Shown here: piece after piece, positions 9,742-17,932 of the stretch
Position numbering within the stretch: the first letter of the stretch is position 1
Layout of the letters: every line of letters starts with the position of its first letter
Source: Candidatus Omnitrophota bacterium
GTDB taxonomy: Bacteria; Omnitrophota; Gorgyraeia; Aquiviventales; Aquiviventaceae
Reading direction: 5' to 3'
DNA length: 64,000 nucleotides
Assembly: GCA_023247255.1 (NCBI GenBank)
Contig: JAHFGV010000010.1
Location: 2,830-66,829 of the forward strand
Made by a program: the position numbers and the translations under genes
The notes under the pieces: generated by a model
Databases searched by the model: none
The model's input: the letters and a program-made list of their open reading frames with translations, nothing else
What the model was told of the DNA's origin: nothing

Positions 9742-10599
9742 TTAAACAGGCCGCACAGCCTGTGCGAGCATCGGGAAGAACAGCGACGACAACGCGTGCC
9801 GCTTCGAGTAGCGGTAAGCGAACTCGTTCACGTAGTGCTGCAAATACTTCGGAGAGACGGCGTGATACGTCCCGCTGAGGCTCCGCTTGAGTTGACTCCA
9901 AAAGCCCTCAATGGTGTTCGTATGCACCATGCCACGTACATATGTTCCCGACGAGTGGTTCACCGTACGGTGCGGGTAGCCCTTACGTGTTTTGCGATAG
10001 GTCTTGAATTCATCCGTCATCAAGGCTGTGCCTGGCTTAATATGCTGCTCGATAAAGGGACGCACGGTCTCCGCCGACAGGTTGCCAACAACACTCGCCG
10101 CAATACGTCCCTGCCGCTGGACAGCGCCCAACACGATGCTTTTCCCTGTGGCTCCGCGTCCTCGCTTGCCACGCGCCACACCGCCCACATAGGTATCATC
10201 CATTTCCACCGTCTTGGACAATGGATAGTTGGACTGTTTGAACAGCAAACGAATCTGTTTTGCCATCCGCCACGCCGTTTTATAGGTCACGCCAAGTTGT
10301 CGCTGAAGCTCCTTCGCCGACACGCCATTCTTCGAGTTGGCGAACAAGTAAATGGCATAGAACCAACTCTTGAGCGGCGTTTCCGATTTATGAAAGATTG
10401 TATCGGCCAACGGGTGCAGTTGGTAGCCGCACGATTGACACGCATAGCATTTGCGGTCGGTGACGCGATGAAACTTCGTGCGCGTGTGGCATGAAGGACA
10501 CCTGCTCACTTGTCCATACCGATGCTTGAAAATAGTTTCGAGGCACACATCATCCGTTGCGTACTGCTCGTTAAATTGTTTAATCGTGAACTTTTCCAT
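9742..10599 (-). CDS. IS1595-family (ISXO2-like) DDE transposase
   Basis: N-terminal zinc-ribbon (CPSCHTRTKFHRV...CYACQSCGYQ) followed by TIFHKSETPLKSWFYAIYLFANSKNGVSAKELQRQLGVTYKTAWRMAKQIR, characteristic of IS1595 transposases. Confidence 0.85.
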   Translation of the reverse strand: MEKFTIKQFNEQYATDDVCLETIFKHRYGQVSRCPSCHTRTKFHRVTDRKCYACQSCGYQLHPLADTIFHKSETPLKSWFYAIYLFANSKNGVSAKELQRQLGVTYKTAWRMAKQIRLLFKQSNYPLSKTVEMDDTYVGGVARGKRGRGATGKSIVLGAVQRQGRIAASVVGNLSAETVRPFIEQHIKPGTALMTDEFKTYRKTRKGYPHRTVNHSSGTYVRGMVHTNTIEGFWSQLKRSLSGTYHAVSPKYLQHYVNEFAYRYSKRHALSSLFFPMLAQAVRPV

Positions 10600-10780
10600 C
10601 GGCCATCCTCCTGTTGTAATGGTACGAGAATAGCAGATGCGATACTTGTTGTAAAGGGATAATTACCAAAAGAAATTACCTGTCAACCGCTTTCCTGGTT
10701 ATAGTATTGTAAGTTCTGAATCTGAGGGAGTGTCTGCATCTTGCCTTGAGCCTGGCGAGCGCACTCAGAACTGATGCCCC

Positions 10781-11455
10781 ATGGATATAGAAGGAATTAC
10801 TCAAACCCTCCTGCAACACATACTCACTCACGGGCAGTGGAGTGTGTTCGTTGGGGTGTTGATTGAGTCCATCATCATTCCTATTCCTTCTCCCCTGATC
10901 ATCATGGGAGCCGGTGCCTTGTTGATTTCACCCGAGGCTTCTTGGCCCCAGGCGCTTTTCCAGATTCTCCAGAGAATCGTCCTGCCTGGATCGATTGCTT
11001 CCACCTTGGGAGCTTTTATCGGTTACGGGATTGGCTTCTGGGGTGGAAAACCCTTGGTCAAACGGTGGCAGGGCTATCTGGGATTTGGCTGGGATCAAGT
11101 GATGACTATGGAGCAACGTCTCAAGCGCCATCATCCGGGTCGGGTGCTTTTTCTTCTTCGAGCACTACCGGTGGTTCCCCTGTCGTTAATATCGATCGCC
11201 GCAGGTTTCCTTAGATGGCCGGCCCATTCATTCGCGGGATGGACATGGTTGGGATCCCTTGTCCGTTGCCTGTTGCTGGGATATCTGGGATGGGCCACCC
11301 GCGAGGCTTACGCGAATTTGGCGGAGCGATTGGACACGGTAGAATCGTTTTTTTTCTGCGCCATCGTCTTGGGAATAGTCGGCTTGATCCTCTGGCTTCG
11401 CGTCCGCATCCAGCAGGCTAAGAAAACCCTTGACAAATCAAGCGGTAAAATTTAA
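10781..11455 (+). CDS. DedA/SNARE-associated (TVP38/TMEM64) family membrane protein
   Basis: VFVGVLIESIIIPIPSPLIIMGAGALL motif and multi-TM profile. Confidence 0.75.
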   Translation: MDIEGITQTLLQHILTHGQWSVFVGVLIESIIIPIPSPLIIMGAGALLISPEASWPQALFQILQRIVLPGSIASTLGAFIGYGIGFWGGKPLVKRWQGYLGFGWDQVMTMEQRLKRHHPGRVLFLLRALPVVPLSLISIAAGFLRWPAHSFAGWTWLGSLVRCLLLGYLGWATREAYANLAERLDTVESFFFCAIVLGIVGLILWLRVRIQQAKKTLDKSSGKI

Positions 11456-11519
11456 GTTACTATAAGCATTCTTAAGCATATTTAAGCGATCCTTTCGGTT
11501 TTTTGCACTCGGCAGCCGG

Positions 11520-11996
11520 ATGAAACGTACCCTACGATTACAGGCAGTGTTTCTCGCCACTCTCACAATAAGTACCAGCTTCTGGCTGAGCCGCTCTGTT
11601 TACGCTCAAGAAAATCAGGGTTCCGATTCAGAGCCCCAGACGGAGGAATCCCAGCCGTGGCTTGAGCCCATTCCCCTTCCCACAGACCCTGAGCTTGAGG
11701 CGCAGATCCACGAGGTGCAAGACGCCTTGAGCGCCATTCACACCCAGATGGTCCGACGCAAAGAGCTGTTGCAAACCACTCAGGATGCGACGAAAAAGTC
11801 CACCCTTTATGATGAATTGGAAGTCCTTCGAAAAGAGCGTGAGGACCTCGAAGCGCTCTTGCACGATCTGGTGGATGAGGCCCGGCTGAGTGAGCGCACT
11901 GCGATTGACGAAGCGCTTGCAAAAGTACGCTGGCTTGAGCGACGTCAGGAGGCGTTGGAGAAAAAAGATGAGCTCATCCGTGACCGCCAAGAGTAG
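11520..11996 (+). CDS. Secreted coiled-coil protein (signal peptide)
   Basis: N-terminal signal MKRTLRLQAVFLATLTISTSFWLSRSVYA. Glu/Leu-rich heptad-like remainder. Confidence 0.5.
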   Translation: MKRTLRLQAVFLATLTISTSFWLSRSVYAQENQGSDSEPQTEESQPWLEPIPLPTDPELEAQIHEVQDALSAIHTQMVRRKELLQTTQDATKKSTLYDELEVLRKEREDLEALLHDLVDEARLSERTAIDEALAKVRWLERRQEALEKKDELIRDRQE

Positions 11997-13071
11997 ACGG
12001 CTTCGACTTTCCGGTCGCGTGCTCATCAGTGTCGTGTTTCTCGGTTGTCCTGTGGTTTTTGCTCAGCAGGACCCGGATGAGGAATCCGTCAAGAAACGTC
12101 CAGAATTGCCCCCTTTAACCGCGCAAGTGTCTCCGGAAGAAGCCCTGGCAGCCATCAAACGCAGGGCCCAGAAAATCCTTCAGGCTCGACGCGAAGCCCG
12201 TCGATTTAAATTCTCAGGAGAAGCCTCGGAGGCAGTGGCCTATGAAACGAATCCTTCCAATGGGTCTTCCCACAAAGGGGACACTTCCTTTGAGCAGAGC
12301 GCTTATTTAACCTTGTCGAAGAAACTCACCCCCACCCTCGATTGGCAGGCTAATTACTCCGGATCCTATCTCAAATACCTCGACTATGGGGATGGGGATT
12401 ATACGGATCACACCCTCACGCCGCTCAGATTCCGCTGGCAGCCGGGAAAGATGTGGCGCGTGGAATCCTGGATCGATGTGGAGTACAACTACTATCCCTC
12501 AGGAAAGGATTCTACCTATCGAAACCTCAAGTTAACCAAGCGGGTGCGCCAGAATCTGTTTAAATCCTGGTATCACCAGATTCAATATGAATGGTTCACA
12601 CGGGACTACGCGACGAAGAATGCGCGCGATGGAGCGGGTGCGGAAACACTGAGCGATCGTGTGGATACAAGACACAGGTTGCGATACAAAGTGGGAACCA
12701 CCGTTAAAAAGGCGCTTCTGTCCGTTGAAAACGAGTATTACTCGAACGATTCCAATGACGCCCGTAACGATTTCTATGACTACGCGGTGTGGAAGATCAA
12801 CAATTCCCTCAGCGGAAGTGTGACTAAGAAACTTTATTTAAGCGGAAGCTTTTCCTTTGAGCGAAAGAATTACAAGGAAAGACCCGTTACAGGCCTTGTG
12901 GCCCCAGCCCGGTATGACGACAAGTACACCTTGAGCAGCTCAGCTAGTTATGACATCAGCAAAACTTGGAAGCTCGCCTACGCCTTCACCTTCGATCACC
13001 TCGCCTCTAACGAACCCACCGGGGAATTCGACAACGCAAAGCACGCACTGACCGTGACTGCAAGATTCTGA
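11968..13071 (+). CDS. Putative outer-membrane beta-barrel protein
   Basis: Signal peptide (VLISVVFLGCPVVFAQQ), alternating amphipathic beta-strand pattern, Tyr-rich, C-terminal ...LTVTARF with terminal Phe. The start was chosen at ATG 11968, which overlaps the upstream gene end. Confidence 0.55.
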   Translation: MSSSVTAKSRRLRLSGRVLISVVFLGCPVVFAQQDPDEESVKKRPELPPLTAQVSPEEALAAIKRRAQKILQARREARRFKFSGEASEAVAYETNPSNGSSHKGDTSFEQSAYLTLSKKLTPTLDWQANYSGSYLKYLDYGDGDYTDHTLTPLRFRWQPGKMWRVESWIDVEYNYYPSGKDSTYRNLKLTKRVRQNLFKSWYHQIQYEWFTRDYATKNARDGAGAETLSDRVDTRHRLRYKVGTTVKKALLSVENEYYSNDSNDARNDFYDYAVWKINNSLSGSVTKKLYLSGSFSFERKNYKERPVTGLVAPARYDDKYTLSSSASYDISKTWKLAYAFTFDHLASNEPTGEFDNAKHALTVTARF

Positions 13072-13096
13072 ACTGATAAATTTCGATTCGCGGAAT

Positions 13097-14359
13097 TTAC
13101 GGGATATACACCCCTCCGGGAGCTGTGTCTGCTGGACTCGTGGCTGTGTGGTCATGCCGCGTTCCATCACTGTGCACGTGGATCGTGTGCGTATGCTCCT
13201 CAGGCGTGAAGTCATTGTTGTGATCCGCTAAGTGGATCGCTGTTTCATAGCGCTCGACGATTTGCTGCTGTTGGTTATCGTAGTTCTGATTCTCCACAGT
13301 AGCAGGGGGCTGATACTGCTCGGCCATTTCCCGGTACTGCTCCAGTAATTCGGGACTGACATTCTGGCCTTCAGCGGCTTCCCATTGAGCGAAGGCTTCC
13401 ATTGGGCTCTGGAACTCGTATTCCATAGGTCCTGAGCCGAATCCTTCCATGGGGCCTGGTCCACCAAACCCTTCCATAGGTCCTGAGCCGTAGCCCTCAA
13501 AAGTCATTCCTTGAGGAGGGCCTCCATCTCCCTGAGCATTGGGGCCAAAGACTTCGTAGCCGGGGTGTGAGGCCATAAATTCCTGAGAATTTGCCATATA
13601 GTCTTTGGCCATCTGGAGCTGCTCCGGAGTCATCTGACCCGATGAGACCATCTGCTCCATCTGATCGAGGCTGGGCATTCCTCCGGGTCCTGCTCCTGGG
13701 TGGCCTAACTCCCCACCCGGCCCAGGACCTCCCATAACCCCTCCGGGACCCATCATCTCCATTTCGCCGCCGGACCATCGGGCGAATTCAAACCGGGCGC
13801 GCTCGACATACTCGGCTGGGGCTCCGCGAGCGACCATATCCGACTCCCACTCGTGAAACATGCCTTCGGCATGAGCGACCATTTCGGCAGAGGGAACATA
13901 CCGCTCCCCACTTTCAAAGGCGAGCATGCACCGTTCTCCCTCGCGAATGGACAGTTCCATCTCACGGGCGGCCTGTGGATCTGTAGCACGCAGGTTTTCC
14001 AACTGCTCCCGCATCTGGCCTTGGACACGGTTAAACTCTTCACGGGCGGCCTCGCGTACCTCCGTTGGAATCACCGTTGATAGATCCACCCCTTCGCGTT
14101 GGAGACTAGCGACTTCTTGCGTCACTGCCGCACGCTCGCGAGGATCAAGCACCGTAGCCTCGGCTACGTTACGACACAACTGAGCTAACTCCGGATCATT
14201 CGCCACCTCAGGATCCGCGGCAATCAACGCTTCGACAGCGGCGTAAAGAGCCGGATCCACCGTCTCCAACTGCGCCCAGGCTACCGGAGACATTTGGAAG
14301 GACAATGCGACTGCTAAAAGTACCCTCTGTCCCAATCGAATCTTTTTGCTGCACATCAT
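13097..14359 (-). CDS. Secreted low-complexity protein with Gly/Pro/Met repeats (GPMEGFG) and His-rich C-terminus; paralogue of 14433-15449
   Basis: Signal peptide ending VAWAQ. Shares the block DP(E/Q)xAREME with the upstream paralogue. MxxM-rich and His-rich (HTHTIHVHSDGTRHDH). Confidence 0.6.
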   Translation of the reverse strand: MMCSKKIRLGQRVLLAVALSFQMSPVAWAQLETVDPALYAAVEALIAADPEVANDPELAQLCRNVAEATVLDPRERAAVTQEVASLQREGVDLSTVIPTEVREAAREEFNRVQGQMREQLENLRATDPQAAREMELSIREGERCMLAFESGERYVPSAEMVAHAEGMFHEWESDMVARGAPAEYVERARFEFARWSGGEMEMMGPGGVMGGPGPGGELGHPGAGPGGMPSLDQMEQMVSSGQMTPEQLQMAKDYMANSQEFMASHPGYEVFGPNAQGDGGPPQGMTFEGYGSGPMEGFGGPGPMEGFGSGPMEYEFQSPMEAFAQWEAAEGQNVSPELLEQYREMAEQYQPPATVENQNYDNQQQQIVERYETAIHLADHNNDFTPEEHTHTIHVHSDGTRHDHTATSPADTAPGGVYIP

Positions 14360-14432
14360 CTTCGCGTGACCTCCTTTTGAGTTCTCATTCTTTCGTTGTT
14401 CTCAACAGGCTCTACGATATTCCCCAGTCATC

Positions 14433-15449
14433 CTAGGGTTGTGGAGGGGCTTGATACTCCTGCTGGGGCAATTCCGCTTGAGAAGGAGGCTCCATGGGTC
14501 CAGGCATTTCATGTTCCGCTGGTTCATTTTGGGGAGCCTGGTACTCATGGGTCGGTGATTCAAATTCATGAGTCGATGATTCGTATTCATGCGTGGGAGC
14601 TTCCGCTTCAAAGGAGCGGTCCATGGATTCAAAGGCGCGTTCACGCTCAATGACCTCAGGCCCTGAGTGATATTCGTTCTCGCGGCCTTCGAAATACCGC
14701 TCGCTAGTACCCATCTCCCGATCAAAACCCTCATGCATCATCTCCGGACGATCCTCTGGGCTATCCCCTTCATGCCCGAAGAAACGCTCCATCTGTTCTC
14801 GGGCTTCCGGAGACATCTGTTCCCATGAGCGCTCACCACCTGGGTGAGATTCCATTCCTAGCCCTTCGCGAAAACCCTCACCATTCATCATTCGACCTTC
14901 AGCAGAACCCCACTCACGCCCTTCATTAGGCTCGATCCCATAGTCTCGAAGCACATCGAACACCTTCTCTCTGGCTTGATCCGGTGAGATCTGCCCTCCT
15001 TCAAACTGACGGCGGACATCTTCCATCCGAGGATCGGATTGAACCTGCATGAAGAGCCGGTCACGCTCGGAAAGATTCGTGTTATCGCCTCCCAACGGGG
15101 TAGAGCCCATAAACCCTTGCGAGCGAGGAACGTTGCTGCTACTCGAAACATCAGTGGGAGGTGCACCTAGAGACAAGCCTGTTTCCGGAGCCTCAAGACT
15201 CGGCGGGCTCAACTCGCCCGTATTCAATAATTCCAATTGAGCTTCCATTTCTCTGGCGAGCTCGGGGTCTGTCTGTCTTGTGTCTTCAATGGCTTGCAGA
15301 ATGTGCTCCCGTGTCGTCGGGGCTACCTCTGTCTGCGCGGCTTCCACCGTTCCTTCATCATCCGCGGCCCAGGCCAGCGGAGAAGTGACTAGCGTGATTG
15401 CCACTGCCAGTAGGGCAATGGACGCTGTCGCAGAGCTTGCGATTCTCAT
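14433..15449 (-). CDS. Secreted acidic Met/His/Glu-rich low-complexity protein; paralogue of 13097-14359
   Basis: Signal peptide ending LAWAADDEG. DPELAREMEAQLE block. Repeats THEYES/THEFES/THEYQ. Met-rich segments. Confidence 0.6.
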   Translation of the reverse strand: MRIASSATASIALLAVAITLVTSPLAWAADDEGTVEAAQTEVAPTTREHILQAIEDTRQTDPELAREMEAQLELLNTGELSPPSLEAPETGLSLGAPPTDVSSSSNVPRSQGFMGSTPLGGDNTNLSERDRLFMQVQSDPRMEDVRRQFEGGQISPDQAREKVFDVLRDYGIEPNEGREWGSAEGRMMNGEGFREGLGMESHPGGERSWEQMSPEAREQMERFFGHEGDSPEDRPEMMHEGFDREMGTSERYFEGRENEYHSGPEVIERERAFESMDRSFEAEAPTHEYESSTHEFESPTHEYQAPQNEPAEHEMPGPMEPPSQAELPQQEYQAPPQP

Positions 15450-15508
15450 GTTATCCTCCCTTCTAGGATCAACGGCCTGGCTCGGTATCGCTCAGACTAC
15501 TCGCTGCC

Positions 15509-17363
15509 TCACTCAGGGTTTGGCGCTTCGGATTCCGCTTCTGACCCAGAGGTCTCTTGTTCATGTGGACTGGACTCTTGTGAAGATTCATTTTCAGGAG
15601 CAACATTATCAGGCTCTTCCGATGACACTGATTCTGATGAAGGAAGTTCGCTGGGCTCCGCATCCACTTCTGGAGCAGTCGCTTCGGTCGCAGTTTCTAG
15701 CTCCATCTCCGTGTCCTGTTCAGCACTCGATTCAGGTTCTGACCCTGCCATTTCGGAACTCCCTTGAGACTCTCCTAAGACCGTCCCAGCGTCAGACCCT
15801 GATGTCTCCTGCATGCCTGCAGCGGCTCCGCCTGTATCTGCGTCCGATTCTCCGAAGAGGGAGAATGATTCTGGGCTGTTGCCGTAGTCGTAATCGTTTT
15901 TCAATATCTCACTGGCTTGCCCCTCAGCGGTTGCTTCGGAGATTTGACCGCTCTCAACCTGCAGACCGAGTTCGATGAGACGCGGGTCGGACTCTAACGC
16001 CGCTTCAACGGCACTACCCGTCACGTCCCAGCTGCTCGCATCCGCATCTTGGCGATTCCCTATCCCGTCGCCATCGATGTCCGCATCGGCGGTGTTGGGC
16101 GTGCCATCGCCATCGATGTCCGCATCCACAAGATTCAACTGCCCATCGCCGTCGACGTCAGGATCCACGGCATTCAGTCGCCCATCGCCATCCACATCAG
16201 CATCTTGGACGTTGGGCGTGCCATCGCCATCGATGTCCGTATCCTGGGTGTTGAGCTTCCCATCTCCATCCACATCCATGTCTTGAGAGTTCACTTGGCC
16301 GTCGCCATCGACATCGGCATCGACTGTATTGGCCTTGCCGTCGCCATCGATGTCCGCATCCTGGCCATTGAGCGTGCCATCCCCATCGACATCGGGATCG
16401 ACCGTATTGGTGGCGCCATCCCCATCGACATCGGTATCCATAGAGTTGAGTTGCCCATCCCCATCGACATCGGCATCTTGGGCGTTCGCGGTGCCATCCC
16501 CATCAATGTCCTGGTCTTTGGCGTTCATGACCCGATCCCCGTCTACATCTAGGTCCTGGGCGTTGGGCGTACTGTCCCCGTCGGCATCCAGGTCTTGAGC
16601 ATTGGGCGTCCCATCCCCATCCCCATCGGTATCGGCGGCGTTGAGGGTTCCATCGCCGTCGATATCCGGATCCTTGATATTCGGAATCCCATCGTGGTCG
16701 GTGTCCGCCGTAGCATCTCCTGCGGTGAGCGCTTCGCCCCCTGGCGCATTCTCCATCCCATCCCCATCGACATCGAGATCGGACGTATTAGGCGTGCCGT
16801 CCCCATCACTATCGGCATCGGTTCTATTAGCCTGCCCGTCTCCATCGATATCCGCATCTTGGGCATTCAAGGTCCCGTCGCCATCTACGTCCAGATCGAG
16901 TGCGTTCGCGGTACCATCTCCATCCACATCGGTATCGGCGGCGTTCAACTGGCCATCGCCATCGATGTCTTTATCATCGGTGTTTTGAATCCCGTCTCCA
17001 TCCACATCGGTATCGGCGGCGTTCAACTGGCCATCGCCATCGATGTCTTTATCATCGGTGTTTTGAATCCCGTCTCCATCCACGTCGGTATCGGAGACGT
17101 TCAACTGGCCATCCCCATCGACATCGGGGTCGGCTGTGTTCGGGATGCCATCATGGTCGATATCGAGTGCCGCGGCTGCTGCGGGCGATTGGGCTTCACT
17201 GCTTGGGCTAAGATCAAGCGCTGCCGGGACCGCTATCTGAGCCGCTTCAGCGGTCTGATCATCCGCGGCCCACACCGAAGGACCAGCAATGAGAAGGGAA
17301 CCCAGACTCGCTGCGATGAGAGTCACTGCTAACCACCGATCCATTAATCGTCTACGATACATG
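15509..17363 (-). CDS. Secreted calcium-binding protein built of thrombospondin type 3-like repeats (DxDxDGxxN) with an acidic Ser/Glu-rich C-terminal tail
   Basis: Over 25 tandem DVDGDGxxNxxD repeats. Signal peptide LIAASLGSLLIAGPSVWA. Start ATG at 17363 is preceded by GGAGGTGG. A perfect 78-bp tandem duplication lies at 16919-17074. Confidence 0.8.
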
Positions 17364-17380
17364 TTCCACCTCCGTAGAAC

Positions 17381-17414
17381 AAAAAAACCCTTGCCATTGA
17401 AAGCAAGGGTTCGC
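17381..17414 (-). terminator. Intrinsic terminator / expression-platform hairpin (AACCCTTGC-TTTCAATG-GCAAGGGTT followed by TTTTTTT) 20 nt upstream of the RBS of the TSP3-repeat gene
   Basis: Read on the minus strand: a GC-rich 9-bp stem followed by a 7-T run. It is preceded by a second hairpin GATGCGCC-GTAA-GGCGCATC (17416-17435). Confidence 0.7.
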
Positions 17415-17433
17415 TGATGCGCCTTACGGCGCA

Positions 17434-17540
17434 TCTATCCGGTAACTGGCTGCCATCCCTAGCTTCCCGCTAGGTTGAAGGCCCTATAGCTTTGCGACCC
17501 ATTCTTTCGAATGGTGTGCCTTTTTCAGATCGATTGAGTT
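17434..17540 (-). ncRNA. Cyclic-di-GMP-I (GEMM) riboswitch aptamer
   Basis: Minus-strand sequence GGCACACCATTCGAAAGAATGGGTCGCAAAGC...CAGTTACCGGATAG closely matches the Vibrio cholerae Vc2 GEMM-I core GGCAAACCAUUCGAAAGAGUGGGACGCAAAGC...GGUUACCGAUGG. This includes the GAAA tetraloop hairpin and the ACGCAAAGC junction. A candidate sigma70 promoter (TTGACA-N18-TATTTT) lies at ~17575-17605 on the minus strand. Confidence 0.75.
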
Positions 17541-17932
17541 GTCAAATGCAAGGACACGGCTTTTGATTAAAAATACCTGACGCCGCTCAAAAATGTCAAG
17601 ACTCCAATGTGAAGACTCCATTAAAAAATTTGTCGCAACCAATATAGAAATGTCATAGTCGTTGTTCTTGGATGGGGGGGGTGGGGGGAAGGGTGGATAA
17701 GTTGTGAACTTGTGCACAACGGCCGTTGGGCGCTTGGAGTCGTCGCGTTTTTGGCCTCTGGCAGGCTCCAGGATTGACGATCGTTACCGAGGGAGGCAAT
17801 CGAGGTATCCCCGTTGCGAGCGTGCGAGGCGGTTTGGCGTCGCAACAGGGCGAAGTAGAACGGATCCATTAGGGGTCAGGCATTCACTATGTTAATTATT
17901 GACTCAGCGTATCTGTTGGGTTAAGGTAAGCC

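Larger units (their letters stand above)
8877..10667. mobile_element. IS1595-family insertion sequence (~1.8 kb) carrying a passenger ORF, with imperfect 26-bp terminal inverted repeats and an 8-bp target-site duplication (AAAAGAAA)
   Basis: Left end GGCAACTATCCCTTTACACCAAGTA matches the reverse complement of the right end GGTAATTATCCCTTTACAACAAGTA. AAAAGAAA occurs at 8869-8876 and 10668-10675. GC drops sharply between 8880 and 9740. Confidence 0.7.

Noticed and set aside
16049-17110. Regularly spaced short DNA repeats that might suggest a CRISPR array
   Set aside because: The periodicity is 36-39 bp with degenerate units and no spacer/repeat alternation. It is coding tandem-repeat DNA, and no cas genes are present.
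15975-17332. Plus-strand ORFs encoding PSPSMSAS/IAIDVRI-type repeats (15975-16286, 16049-16552, 16329-16598, 16595-17332, 16602-16988)
   Set aside because: These are mirror-frame translations of the minus-strand DxDxDG repeat gene. The periodic DNA keeps alternative frames open. The minus-strand product has a signal peptide and a recognised Ca-binding repeat.
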